DNA of 64,000 bases from assembly GCA_905211535.1 (NCBI GenBank), contig CAJMAZ010000001.1, positions 7,089-71,088 of the forward strand, written 5' to 3'. This document shows positions 17,557 to 29,074 of the stretch, in pieces. A model generated the notes under the pieces. It saw only the letters and a list, made by a program, of their open reading frames with translations. It searched no databases and was not told the DNA's origin. The translations under genes were made by a program, and so were the position numbers. Origin of the DNA: an uncultured Collinsella sp. (GTDB lineage: Bacteria; Actinomycetota; Coriobacteriia; Coriobacteriales; Coriobacteriaceae). Every line of letters starts with the position of its first letter. Position 1 is the first letter of the stretch.

Positions 17557-18555
17557 TTGGCACGATCTTCGGGTTTCTCCACAAATCTGAATACCAAGCG
17601 ACAATCAACGGGTATGCGCCCGTTGATTGTTTTCAGCCTGATTTCGGTGTTGCTGCTCACGTTTTACATCCGCGAGGGCGAGGCAGGACCGATTCATGCC
17701 GTACGTTCGGGCGTAACGACGATTACCTCGCCGGTGCGCTTTGTGGGCTCGGCTGTGGCGGCTCCCTTCAATGCGATCGGCAACGTGTTCTCTAACCTTA
17801 CGGCGTCGCAGGACACGCTTGACGAGCTTAAGAAGCAAAACGAGGAACTGACCTCTAAGGTCGCCGAGCTTTCTGAGGCTCAAAAGACCGCTGAGCGTCT
17901 GGAGGGGCTGGTCGGCCTGCAGTCGACCTACAACCTTAAATCGACCGCAGCTCGTATTGTTGGTGCCTCGGGCGATGCCTGGACCTCGACCGTCACGATC
18001 GACAAGGGCTCTGCCGACGGCCTTACCATCAACATGCCCGTGACGAGCTCTGCCGGTGTTATCGGCCAGATTATCGAGGTATCGGCCAAGACCTCTACCG
18101 TGCGCCTGATTGGCGACGAGAACTCGGGCGTGTCCGCTATGGTGCAGGACACGCGCGCCCAGGGCATGCTGCAGGGTCAGGCTGACGGCACGCTGCGTCT
18201 TGAGTACGTGAGCGTCGACTCCGATGTTAAGGTTGGAGACATCATCGTGACCTCGGGTATCGGTGGTGTGTTCCCCAAGGGTTTACCGCTCGGCACCGTC
18301 TCGTCGGTTGAGAAATCGGCAAATGATGTGTACTACACCATTGTGGTGCGCGCCCAGACGACGGCCGAGAACAACGAGGAAGTGCTGGTCATCACCTCTC
18401 TGACCGACGAACAGTCGGCCTCGGATGAGGACGTGGGCACCGCTAATAGCACGCCGCAGGGAACGTCGCGCGATGCTGCGACCAAGACGAAGGACGAGAG
18501 TTCGGATGACAGTTCCGACACGTCCGAGACGACCGATTCCGGCTCGAGTGAATAG
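17557..18555 (+). CDS. mreC: Rod shape-determining protein MreC
   Basis: N-terminal TM, coiled coil (LKKQNEELTSKVAEL), beta-barrel region (VTSSAGVIGQIIEV, GGVFPKGLPLGTV). Position between mreB and mreD. Confidence 0.88.
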   Translation: MARSSGFSTNLNTKRQSTGMRPLIVFSLISVLLLTFYIREGEAGPIHAVRSGVTTITSPVRFVGSAVAAPFNAIGNVFSNLTASQDTLDELKKQNEELTSKVAELSEAQKTAERLEGLVGLQSTYNLKSTAARIVGASGDAWTSTVTIDKGSADGLTINMPVTSSAGVIGQIIEVSAKTSTVRLIGDENSGVSAMVQDTRAQGMLQGQADGTLRLEYVSVDSDVKVGDIIVTSGIGGVFPKGLPLGTVSSVEKSANDVYYTIVVRAQTTAENNEEVLVITSLTDEQSASDEDVGTANSTPQGTSRDAATKTKDESSDDSSDTSETTDSGSSE

Positions 18556-18560
18556 GGGGC

Positions 18561-19133
18561 ATGTCCATGGATCTACACGAGCAGGGGATGAGCTCCCGCA
18601 CGTTTGTGATCGCCGCCATCGTGTGCGTGCTGCTGCAGACAGGCCTGGCACCGCAGATCTCCATTGCGGGCGGTCGCGTCAACTTCATGATTATCCTGGT
18701 GTGCCTAAGCGTGTTCTCGGGCGACCCGACCCGTGCCGTCGTGTGCGGGTTTTGCTGCGGCTTGTTTTATGACCTGTCCGCTGCCGTGCCGGTGGGCGTT
18801 ATGTCGCTCCTGCTGACCGTGGGTTCTTTTGCCCTGGTGCACAGCGCCGTTGGTCAGACGGGCGGTACCCCGAGTGCGCGCGGTGTCACTGTGGGCGCCT
18901 TCGCGCTCGTCATTAATGTGATTTACAGCATCATCTTGCTGTTTATGGGTTTGGAGACGAGCTTTGTCGTGGCGATCTTCGGCCATGCGTTGCCGTCTTC
19001 GATCCTGACGGGCCTGGTTGCCATTCCGTTTTTGATGTCCGGCGTCGTGCCGCAGTCCGGCTATGGATTCTCCGCACGTGGCGGACGCCAGACGGGTATG
19101 CGCTTTAAGCCCAAGACCCGCAAGCTCAAATAG
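18561..19133 (+). CDS. mreD: Rod shape-determining protein MreD
   Basis: Polytopic 190-aa membrane protein directly after mreC. Assignment is mainly by context. Confidence 0.75.
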   Translation: MSMDLHEQGMSSRTFVIAAIVCVLLQTGLAPQISIAGGRVNFMIILVCLSVFSGDPTRAVVCGFCCGLFYDLSAAVPVGVMSLLLTVGSFALVHSAVGQTGGTPSARGVTVGAFALVINVIYSIILLFMGLETSFVVAIFGHALPSSILTGLVAIPFLMSGVVPQSGYGFSARGGRQTGMRFKPKTRKLK

Positions 19134-19146
19134 GGGAGGCCCGTAG

Positions 19147-21216
19147 ATGTCTTCCCAGTTGACGGTTATTATCGCCGGTATCGTGCTGGTTGTGGCCATC
19201 GTGGTCGCGCTGATCATCATGCGTCGTGGCGATTCCCGTTTTACCTACGATACGCAGCATGGAACGGCCCCGCGCGCCACCGAGGGCGAGGGCAATACCG
19301 CGGCGACCGCCTTTAAGGGCCGCTTTTCCATCCTCACCACGGGTGTGGGCGCGATGTTTGCGGCGCTTGCCGTCAAGCTGTGGGGCATGCAGATGGTCTC
19401 GTCGGACTATTACGAGAAGCAGGCCAATAGTAATCAGACTCGCACCGTTACCACACCCGCTGTGCGCGGCCGCATCCTCGACCGCAATGGCGTGGCACTT
19501 GTCCAGAACCGTCCCTCACTTGCTGTCGTGGCCTACCGCGACCTTGCCGAGGATGAGGTTCTGGTTCGCCATCTTGCCAACGTGCTTGGAATGCCTTACG
19601 TGGCGGTCCTTCGCAATATTCAGGACAATACAGAGGGCGCTCAGAGCCTGCATACCATCGCGACGGACGTCCGTCGCTCCACGGTTGCCTATATTCAGGA
19701 GCATGCCGGCGAGTTCCCGGGCGTCAAGATTGCCGAGCGTACCGAGCGCCAGTATCCATATGGTGAGACGGCATGCCATATCTTGGGCTATACCGGCACT
19801 ATTACCTCCGAGCAGCTCGAGGCCCAGAATAAGAAAACCTCTGGCGATGATGATGCTTCTGCTGGCAAGATTACGTACCAGTCGGGCGATATCGTGGGCC
19901 AGGCGGGCGTTGAGAGCTACTACGAAAACCTGCTGCAGGGCATTCGTGGCGAGCAGACCGTCAAGGTCGATGCCTCGGGCAATGTGACCGGTCAGGCCGG
20001 CGCCGTGCCCGCGAAGGCCGGCTCCGACATTAAGCTCACGCTCGACCTTAAGATCCAACAGGCCTGTGAGACGGCACTGGCGAGCGCTATCGAGCTTGCC
20101 AAGACCACTGGCTACAGCAATGCCGGCAACGGCGCTGTGGTGTGTCTCGATCCCAACAATGGCGAGATCCTGGGCATGGCGAGCGAGCCCAAGTTCGATC
20201 CGTCCGTCTTTATCGGCGGCGTCTCTAATGACGTGTGGACCGAGCTCAATGATGACAAGGGTTCGCACCCGCTGATCAACCGCGCCATTAGCGGACAGTA
20301 CATGTCGGCTTCGACCATCAAGCCGCTCTCGGCACTGGCCGGTCTTGAGTTTGGAACCTACACGTCGGGGCAGACGACCAACTGCACGGGCTATTGGACG
20401 GGTCTGGGCAAGTCGTGGGGCAAGTACTGCTGGCTGCATTCCGGTCACGGCACCATGACGCTGCAGTCGGGAATCGCCAACTCGTGCGACCCCGTCTTCT
20501 ACGACATGGGCAAGGCGTTCTTTTATGACGAGCAACATCCCGAGGGCCTGCAGGAGGTCTTTCGTCGCTGGGGTCTAGGCAAGACCTGCGGTATCGATCT
20601 GCCGAGTGAGGGCGCGGGCCGTATTCCCGATGCCGAGTGGAAAGAGTCGTACTTCACCGACGCATCTGCCGAGGACCGCAAGTGGAATGCCGGCGACATG
20701 ACCAACATTGCCATCGGCCAGGGCGACATCCTGGTGACGCCCCTGCAGATGGCGTGCGCCTATATGGGTCTTGCCAACGGCGGCAAACAGTACGTGCCTC
20801 ACGTGTTTTTGTCTGCCGTGTCGCGCGATGGCGACGGCGATGCCTATAAGTACAACGGCAAGGGCATGAAGAAGCGCCTAGAGGCCAAGATCAACAGCGA
20901 TTCGGATTTGGCTCTTGTCCGCAACGGCATGCACGACGTGATTTACACGGCATCGACGTCCTTGGCGGCTCACTTTGGCACCCTGACGCCGCAGGTATAC
21001 GGCAAGTCGGGCACGGGCGAGAAAAGCGGCGAGGACGAATACGCGTGGTTCTGCGCCTATGCACCGGCCGATGACCCCAAGTATGTCATCGCTACTGTCC
21101 TGGAGCAGGGCGGCGGCGGCTCAGATACCGCGATGCATGTCGTGCGCGACGTTCTAGGCGTGATTTATGACGAGCCCGATACCTCTTCGGCCTCGGGCGA
21201 TTCTTCGGTTCGATAG
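19147..21216 (+). CDS. mrdA: Penicillin-binding protein 2 (elongasome transpeptidase)
   Basis: 689 aa, SxxK (ASTIKP), KSGTG motif, N-terminal TM. Lies between mreD and rodA. Confidence 0.92.
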   Translation: MSSQLTVIIAGIVLVVAIVVALIIMRRGDSRFTYDTQHGTAPRATEGEGNTAATAFKGRFSILTTGVGAMFAALAVKLWGMQMVSSDYYEKQANSNQTRTVTTPAVRGRILDRNGVALVQNRPSLAVVAYRDLAEDEVLVRHLANVLGMPYVAVLRNIQDNTEGAQSLHTIATDVRRSTVAYIQEHAGEFPGVKIAERTERQYPYGETACHILGYTGTITSEQLEAQNKKTSGDDDASAGKITYQSGDIVGQAGVESYYENLLQGIRGEQTVKVDASGNVTGQAGAVPAKAGSDIKLTLDLKIQQACETALASAIELAKTTGYSNAGNGAVVCLDPNNGEILGMASEPKFDPSVFIGGVSNDVWTELNDDKGSHPLINRAISGQYMSASTIKPLSALAGLEFGTYTSGQTTNCTGYWTGLGKSWGKYCWLHSGHGTMTLQSGIANSCDPVFYDMGKAFFYDEQHPEGLQEVFRRWGLGKTCGIDLPSEGAGRIPDAEWKESYFTDASAEDRKWNAGDMTNIAIGQGDILVTPLQMACAYMGLANGGKQYVPHVFLSAVSRDGDGDAYKYNGKGMKKRLEAKINSDSDLALVRNGMHDVIYTASTSLAAHFGTLTPQVYGKSGTGEKSGEDEYAWFCAYAPADDPKYVIATVLEQGGGGSDTAMHVVRDVLGVIYDEPDTSSASGDSSVR

Positions 21217-21225
21217 GAGGTTGCG

Positions 21226-22452
21226 ATGGATTTTTCTCCGGCGGATCTGTTCCGTTCAACCAAGACCGGCTCTCGCAGCAGCCTGGACCGCGTCAACAAG
21301 CAACTTTCGGCCTCGCGCGGCACATTTCGCCAAAAGGTGCATATCGGTGTGCTCGTGGCTACTGTGGCACTCGTCGCCTACGGTGCCATCATCATCTGGT
21401 CGGCTTCGCAGTTTAAGGCCGATGCCTCGTTCTCACGCCATCTGCTGGGAATCGGCATCGGGGCGGTGCTGGCGGTGTTGGTCTGGCGTACCGACTTGCG
21501 CGGTATTTCCAATTTCTCGACGGCGTTGCTCGTCATCGACCTGTTCGTGATCTTCTCGCCCAAGATTCCGGGCCTGTCCTATACGGGCGGTCTGGGCATG
21601 ACGGGCTGGATCAAGATTCCCGGTATCGGCTTGACATTCCAGCCGGTTGAGCTTGCCAAGCTCATCACCATCTTCTTTATTGCTACGCTTGGCTCGCAGT
21701 ATAACGGCCGCATCGATACCGTTCGCGACTACGTCAAGCTCTGCGGCATGCTGTCCATTCCGTTTTTGGCCGTCGTTGCCATGGGCGACCTGGGCTCGGG
21801 CCTAGTCGTGCTGGTTTCGGGCGCCATCGTCATTTGTATGAGTGGTGCACGCCGCGAATGGGTGCTGTCGACCCTGGCTCTGCTCGTGGGCCTGGTGGCT
21901 CTCGTCCTGGCGCTCGATTCGGTCTTTGATTCGTTGCTCGGCCACGATGTGCTCATCAAGCAGTATCAGATGAACCGTCTGACGGTCTTTATCGACCCCG
22001 ATAATGCCGATTCGGACGATGCCTACAACCTGCAACAGTCGCTTATCGCCGTTGGCTCGGGCGGCTTCTTTGGTAAGGGCTTGGGCCATGCGACGCAGTC
22101 GGCCGGCGGCTTTCTGCCTGAGTTCCACACCGACTTCGTCTTCGCCTTCCTGTCCGAGACCTTTGGCTTTTGCGGTTCCTTTTTGCTCCTGTGCCTCTAC
22201 GTGCTGCTGATCTTTTCGACGATTCGCGTGGCCTTTAAGTGCGAGTCACTGTTTTTGCGTCTTTCGTGTGTGGGCATCGTTGGCATGTGGGCGTTCCAGA
22301 CCTTCGAAAATATCGGCATGTGCATCGGCATGATGCCGATTACCGGTATTCCGCTCCCATTTATTAGCTTCGGTTCGTCTTCGATGATGATTCAGCTGCT
22401 GACGGTGGGTATCGTACAATCCATATGGCGGCATCGTTCGGGCGCCGCGTAA
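21226..22452 (+). CDS. rodA: SEDS-family peptidoglycan polymerase RodA
   Basis: 408 aa FtsW/RodA/SpoVE family (PVELAKL, TDFVFA, GIPLPFISFGSS). Confidence 0.92.
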   Translation: MDFSPADLFRSTKTGSRSSLDRVNKQLSASRGTFRQKVHIGVLVATVALVAYGAIIIWSASQFKADASFSRHLLGIGIGAVLAVLVWRTDLRGISNFSTALLVIDLFVIFSPKIPGLSYTGGLGMTGWIKIPGIGLTFQPVELAKLITIFFIATLGSQYNGRIDTVRDYVKLCGMLSIPFLAVVAMGDLGSGLVVLVSGAIVICMSGARREWVLSTLALLVGLVALVLALDSVFDSLLGHDVLIKQYQMNRLTVFIDPDNADSDDAYNLQQSLIAVGSGGFFGKGLGHATQSAGGFLPEFHTDFVFAFLSETFGFCGSFLLLCLYVLLIFSTIRVAFKCESLFLRLSCVGIVGMWAFQTFENIGMCIGMMPITGIPLPFISFGSSSMMIQLLTVGIVQSIWRHRSGAA

Positions 22453-22470
22453 CCGCTGGAGGGGTTTGCC

Positions 22471-23400
22471 ATGAAAATTCCCGTAGATAAGCTGACCCGC
22501 GCTTTTAAGATGGGCGCGTCCGTTAAGAAGGAATCCGATACGCCGGTGCGCGTCTCGGTCTATCTGGATTCGTCCGCCTCGCGCTTTCTGGCCGAGACGG
22601 TGCGTGACGCCTTTGTGCCGCAGACGACCTCGGGCATTGTGCGCGTCGAGCGTCTGGGGGAGGAGCGAATTGCTCCAAAGACCGATACCGATGTGGTGTT
22701 GGTGCTCTCGTGTGGTTCCGACCGCTTGGAGAGTGCCGTGCAGGAGCTCGTGATCGCCGGCGCGCCCGTGTGCGTGCTCGCCGAGTCTGCTGTGGAGGTG
22801 CCGTTTATCGAGGAGTCCACGCCCATGCTCGGCGTGGTAGCGGCAACCGATAAGACGTATCTGCTCGAGACGCTTGCCCGCTGGATTCTCGATCGCACCG
22901 ACAAGGAAACGGCTTTTGCGGCGAACTTTGCCTTTATGCGTATCGCCGCGGCCAACCGCATCATCACCTCGTGCGCGCTCACCAATATGGCGACCGGTGC
23001 GCTGGTGTTTTTGCCGGGCGCCGATTATCCCGTTATGGCCCTGGCGCAGGTGGGCATGCTCTTTGAGCTCGCTGCCGTCTTTGGACGCGGCATTAAGCCT
23101 GAGCGTGGCTACGAGGTCGCTGGCGTGCTTGCCGGCGGTCTTGTGATCCGCGCGGTCACCCGCGCGCTCGTCAAGCAGACGCCGCATATTGGGTTTGCCG
23201 TCAAGGCGCTCACTGCTGCCGCGGGCACCTATGGCATGGGCCGTGCGCTCGTTTCGCTCTACGAGCGCGATGTCGACTACAGTCGTGCCAACGAGGTGGT
23301 TACTGCCACGTTCTCCCGCGTTCGCGATCTGGTGACCACGGTCGCGGGCGCTACCCGTCCTATGGCGTCCTATCAGGACGCATCAGATCTCGCTGCTTAG
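22471..23400 (+). CDS. Hypothetical protein; C-terminal half tentatively DUF697/YcjF-like
   Basis: 309 aa. FLPGADYPVMALAQVGMLFELAAVFG resembles the DUF697 signature as I recall it. The N-terminal alpha/beta domain is unrecognised. Confidence 0.6.
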   Translation: MKIPVDKLTRAFKMGASVKKESDTPVRVSVYLDSSASRFLAETVRDAFVPQTTSGIVRVERLGEERIAPKTDTDVVLVLSCGSDRLESAVQELVIAGAPVCVLAESAVEVPFIEESTPMLGVVAATDKTYLLETLARWILDRTDKETAFAANFAFMRIAAANRIITSCALTNMATGALVFLPGADYPVMALAQVGMLFELAAVFGRGIKPERGYEVAGVLAGGLVIRAVTRALVKQTPHIGFAVKALTAAAGTYGMGRALVSLYERDVDYSRANEVVTATFSRVRDLVTTVAGATRPMASYQDASDLAA

Positions 23401-23410
23401 GGGTTTTCCG

Positions 23411-25288
23411 TTGCGCGTTGCATACCAAGACTGTTTTCATCTAATTGAGCCGCTGCTCGCTAAGGTCGAGAAGCCGAGCCGCTATATCGATCACGAGTGG
23501 GGCACGCTTTCCAAGGCCGATGCCGATTACCGTTGTTGTCTGATCTATCCGGACGTATACGAGGTCGGTCTGCCCAACCAGGGTATCGCCATCCTCTACA
23601 ACATCCTTAACCAGGCCGAGGGCATCTCCTGCGAGCGCGGCTATGTGCCGTGGCCCGATATGGGTGACGCCATGCGCGAGGCAGGTATTCCGCTGCTGTC
23701 GCTCGAGGGTGCAGCGCCGGTCGCTTCGTTTGATATCGTCGGTCTGCATGTGCCGCACGAGATGGCGGTGACGAACTTCCTCGAGGCTCTCGACCTCGCT
23801 GGCATTCCGCTGTTAGCGGCCGACCGCACCGAGGACGACCCCATTATCATCGCCGGCGGCCCCTCGGTGTACAACCCCGAGCCGTACGCGGCCTTCTTCG
23901 ATGCCATCCTCATCGGTGAGGGCGAGGAATCGCTGCTCGAGACCTGCCAGCTGCATCGCCGCCTGCGTGACGAAGGGGTCCCGCGCGCGCAGATTGTCGA
24001 GCAGCTTGCATCCATTGCCGGGAACTACGTGCCGTCGCTCTATGAGGTTCGTCACGACGAGCCCTGCTCGCCGCATGGCTACACCGTGCCGCGTGAAGGC
24101 AAGGATGCGCCGACCGTGGTCTACAAGCGCGTCGTCGAGGATTTCGGCGCCACGAATCCGCTGTCGCAGTCGTGCGTGCCCTATGCGCAGCTGGTTCACG
24201 ACCGCCTGTCTATCGAGATCCTGCGCGGCTGCGCCCGCGGCTGTCGTTTTTGTCAGGCCGGCATGACGTATCGCCCGGTGCGCGAGCGCTCGGCCGACCA
24301 GATCGTCTCGTCGGTGATTCAGGGTCTGGAAAAGACCGGCTATGACGAGGTGTCGCTGACCTCGCTCTCCACGACCGACCACTCCTGCATTCGCGACGTG
24401 CTCGGCAGGCTCAACCGTCGCCTGGAGGATACGGGTATTCGCGTGTCTATTCCGTCGCAGCGCCTGGATTCGTTTGGCGTGGATATGGCCGAGTCGGTCG
24501 CCGGCGAAAAGAAGGGCGGCCTGACGTTCGCGCCCGAGGCCGGCAGCCAGCGCATGCGCGACATCATTAACAAGAACGTGACCGAGGAGGACCTGGACCG
24601 TGCGGCCAAGGCGGCCTTCGAGGCCGGCTGGAACCGCATGAAGCTCTACTTTATGATGGGCCTTCCCGGCGAGCGCGACGAGGACATCGTGGCCATCGCC
24701 AATCTGGCCGATCACGTGCTGGAGCTCGGTCGTTCCGTGGTGCCCAAGGCTCGTCGCGGCTCGATCTCGGTGTCCATCTCGGTTTCGGTCTTTATCCCCA
24801 AGGCCGCCACGCCGTTCCAGTGGTGCCCGCAGCTCGACTACGACGACGTCAAGCGTCGCCAGAAGCTGCTTGTCACGAGCGTTCGCAACCGTGCCGTCCG
24901 CGTGCATTACCACGATGCCGAGACCTCGCTCATCGAGGCCGCGCTGTCCCGCGCCGGTCGTGACATGACGCCCGTCATCATCGACGCTTGGCGCTCGGGC
25001 TCTCGCTTTGACGCCTGGGTAGAGCATTTCTCGCTCGATAACTGGAAGGAGGCTGCTGCCAAAAACGGCATCGACCTTAATGAGCTCGTGCACCTGCCCT
25101 ACGAGTTGGACTGGCGCCTGCCGTGGGAGCACGTGAGCCCCGGCTGCACGCGCGGCTTCCTCGAGCGCGAGTACCGTCGCTCGCTCGAGGGCGTCACGAC
25201 TCCCGACTGCACCCGCACGTCGTGCACCGGCTGCGGGATCTGCCCCACGCTCCACGCCAAGAATGTATTGATGGGTGATCGCGCATGA
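23411..25288 (+). CDS. Radical SAM protein, TIGR03960-like (B12-binding-like N-domain), function unknown
   Basis: 625 aa, TTG start, CxxxCxxC cluster motif CARGCRFCQAG. Confidence 0.85.
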   Translation: MRVAYQDCFHLIEPLLAKVEKPSRYIDHEWGTLSKADADYRCCLIYPDVYEVGLPNQGIAILYNILNQAEGISCERGYVPWPDMGDAMREAGIPLLSLEGAAPVASFDIVGLHVPHEMAVTNFLEALDLAGIPLLAADRTEDDPIIIAGGPSVYNPEPYAAFFDAILIGEGEESLLETCQLHRRLRDEGVPRAQIVEQLASIAGNYVPSLYEVRHDEPCSPHGYTVPREGKDAPTVVYKRVVEDFGATNPLSQSCVPYAQLVHDRLSIEILRGCARGCRFCQAGMTYRPVRERSADQIVSSVIQGLEKTGYDEVSLTSLSTTDHSCIRDVLGRLNRRLEDTGIRVSIPSQRLDSFGVDMAESVAGEKKGGLTFAPEAGSQRMRDIINKNVTEEDLDRAAKAAFEAGWNRMKLYFMMGLPGERDEDIVAIANLADHVLELGRSVVPKARRGSISVSISVSVFIPKAATPFQWCPQLDYDDVKRRQKLLVTSVRNRAVRVHYHDAETSLIEAALSRAGRDMTPVIIDAWRSGSRFDAWVEHFSLDNWKEAAAKNGIDLNELVHLPYELDWRLPWEHVSPGCTRGFLEREYRRSLEGVTTPDCTRTSCTGCGICPTLHAKNVLMGDRA

Positions 25289-26097
25289 GTGAGCGCCTGA
25301 CCGACAACCCCTCGCTCTTTAGGCTTCGTGTTCGCTATGGCAAGCGCGATCGCCTTAAGTACCTGGGCCATCTCGAAGTGATCCATACCATTGAGCGCAT
25401 CGTGCGCCGTGCGGGACTTCCCTATGCCGTCACGCAGGGCTTCTCCCCGCACATGCGCGTGGGCTTCTCTTCGGCGCTACCGGTGGGTACGTCGTCGACC
25501 TGCGAGTGGTATGACCTGTTTATGACCGAGTTCGTGGCGCTCGACGAGGCATTTGAGCGCCTGGCTGCGGCGTCTCCGGCCGATCTGGCGCCCATCGAGG
25601 CGGCGTACATCGACGTGCGCACGCCGGCGTTGACGGCGCAGCTCACGCGCCTGTCGTACCGCATCGACCTGCACATGGATCCCGAGGCGCCCGTAAGCGC
25701 CGATGAGGTGCGTCGTGCGATCGACATGCTGCGCGCGGACCATGGCATCGACTACGCGCGCGGAAAAAAGAGCAAGCGCTTGGATTTGGATCACACGCTC
25801 GTGGGCTATGAGCTCACGGCGGGGGAGCGCCCGGACCATTTGGTGCTGATACTCGACACCCATGCCGACAACGAGGGCTCCATGCGTCCGGAAATTTTGC
25901 TTTCCGCTGCTGATGTTTTGTTGCAGGGCTTGACCCCGGGCGTGGATGCACCTATTGTTTCCACCGGTATGCAAGACCTCGTGACCATCTGCTCCTACGA
26001 TGTCGAGCGTCAGAATCAAGCATGCGAGGACGACGAGGGCCGACTCGTCAGCCCCATACCTGTGCGAACTTGTGGATTTGCTCCACATACTCGTTGA
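25285..26097 (+). CDS. Radical-SAM-linked protein, TIGR03936/DUF2344-like
   Basis: 270 aa. ATGA overlap with the preceding radical SAM gene. FRLRVRYGKRDRLKYLGHLEV N-terminus is typical of this family. Confidence 0.8.
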   Translation: MSERLTDNPSLFRLRVRYGKRDRLKYLGHLEVIHTIERIVRRAGLPYAVTQGFSPHMRVGFSSALPVGTSSTCEWYDLFMTEFVALDEAFERLAAASPADLAPIEAAYIDVRTPALTAQLTRLSYRIDLHMDPEAPVSADEVRRAIDMLRADHGIDYARGKKSKRLDLDHTLVGYELTAGERPDHLVLILDTHADNEGSMRPEILLSAADVLLQGLTPGVDAPIVSTGMQDLVTICSYDVERQNQACEDDEGRLVSPIPVRTCGFAPHTR

Positions 26098-26164
26098 CGG
26101 GGGTATTTTCGCCTGCTACTATATTCGGCTGTTGCACTAACTGATGCATGAAGGGCAAGTAAAC

Positions 26165-26539
26165 ATGTACGCAATCGTTAACACGGGCGGCAAGCAGTAC
26201 AAGGTCGCCACCGACGATGTCATCACCGTCGAGAAGATCGAGGGCAATGAGGGCGACAAGGTCACCCTGCCGGTTATCTTCCTCAACGATGGTAAGAAGA
26301 TCGTCACCGATCCCGACAAGCTGGCCAAGGCCAAGGTTACCGCTCAGATCGTTGAGCAGTTCAAGGGCGAGAAGCAGCTGGTCTTCAAGTTCCACAAGCG
26401 CAAGCGCTATCGTCGTCTGAAGGGTCACCGTCAGCAGCTCACTAAGCTGAAGATCGTGAAGGTTCAGGCTACCTCCCGCGCCAAGAAGGCTGTCAAGGCA
26501 GAGGCTGAGGCTGTTGCCGAGGCTCCCGTCGCCGAGTAG
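26165..26539 (+). CDS. rplU: 50S ribosomal protein L21
   Basis: MYAIVNTGGKQYKV. Start moved to ATG 26165. Ala/Lys-rich C-terminal extension. Confidence 0.95.
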   Translation: MYAIVNTGGKQYKVATDDVITVEKIEGNEGDKVTLPVIFLNDGKKIVTDPDKLAKAKVTAQIVEQFKGEKQLVFKFHKRKRYRRLKGHRQQLTKLKIVKVQATSRAKKAVKAEAEAVAEAPVAE

Positions 26540-26572
26540 ATTACACTCGTAACGAAAGAGTAGGTATACACA

Positions 26573-26830
26573 ATGGCACACAAAAAAGGACTCGGTTCCT
26601 CCCGTAATGGCCGTGACTCCCGCGGTCAGCGCCTTGGCACGAAGCGCTATGCCGGCCAGACGGTAACCACGGGCACGATTCTCGTCCGTCAGCACGGCAC
26701 GCACATCCACCCGGGTGAGAACGTTGGCCGTGGTAAGGACGACACGCTGTTCGCGCTGGTCGACGGTACCGTTGAGTTCCACAAGGGTATCAAGCACAGG
26801 GTCAGCGTACGCCCGCTCGCGAACGCGTAA
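26573..26830 (+). CDS. rpmA: 50S ribosomal protein L27
   Basis: [16 protein letters not shown], with no Firmicutes-type N-terminal propeptide. Confidence 0.96.
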   Translation: MAHKKGLGSSRNGRDSRGQRLGTKRYAGQTVTTGTILVRQHGTHIHPGENVGRGKDDTLFALVDGTVEFHKGIKHRVSVRPLANA

Positions 26831-26902
26831 TTCACCCTTCATAGAGCACATATGTGGGAGGCACTTGAGTTTTAGGATTCAAGGGTCTCCCTCTTTTTGT
26901 AG

Positions 26903-28381
<1,479 letters not shown>

Positions 28382-28384
28382 GCC

Positions 28385-29062
28385 ATGTCGCTGCGCGGTG
28401 GAATCGGTCTGCCCGAGCTTCCTCTAGAGGACGGGCAGGAGTTTAGGCTCGGCATTATGGGTGGCACCTTTGATCCCATCCATTACGGGCACCTGGTGAC
28501 CGCCGAGCAGGCGCGCGAGTCGCTCGACTTGGACGCCGTGCTCTTTATGCCGGCGGGCTCTCCTGCCTTTAAGCTTGACAAGCCGGTGACGCCTGCCGAG
28601 GACCGTTATGCCATGACGGTCCTCGCCACCGCCGCGAACCCGGCCTTTTTGGCGAGCCGGTTCGAGATCGACCGTCCGGGCGTAACCTATACGGCCGATA
28701 CGCTTCATGCCCTTCGCGACTTTTACCCGCCGCAGGTAAAGCTCTACTTTATTACGGGCGCCGACGCGATTATCGATATCGTGACCTGGCATGATGCCGA
28801 ACGAATCGCTGAGCTTGCCACCTTTATTGCGGCGACGCGACCGGGCTTTGATATCGATACGGCGCGTGCCCGAATCAAAGAGTCGGGGCTGCCGTTCGAC
28901 GTGCGCTATATTCAGATTCCGGCGCTGGCGATCAGCTCGACGAACATTCGTAAGCGAGTTGCCCGCGGCATGAGCGTGCGCTATCTTACGAGCGAGTCCG
29001 TGCTCGGCTACATTCGCAAACGCAGGCTATATGCCGATTTGGGCCAAGAAGATTTTGAGTGA
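28385..29062 (+). CDS. nadD: Nicotinate-nucleotide adenylyltransferase
   Basis: GIMGGTFDPIHYGH motif, ISSTNIR motif. Confidence 0.93.
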   Translation: MSLRGGIGLPELPLEDGQEFRLGIMGGTFDPIHYGHLVTAEQARESLDLDAVLFMPAGSPAFKLDKPVTPAEDRYAMTVLATAANPAFLASRFEIDRPGVTYTADTLHALRDFYPPQVKLYFITGADAIIDIVTWHDAERIAELATFIAATRPGFDIDTARARIKESGLPFDVRYIQIPALAISSTNIRKRVARGMSVRYLTSESVLGYIRKRRLYADLGQEDFE

Positions 29063-29074
29063 TGGGGGTCTACG

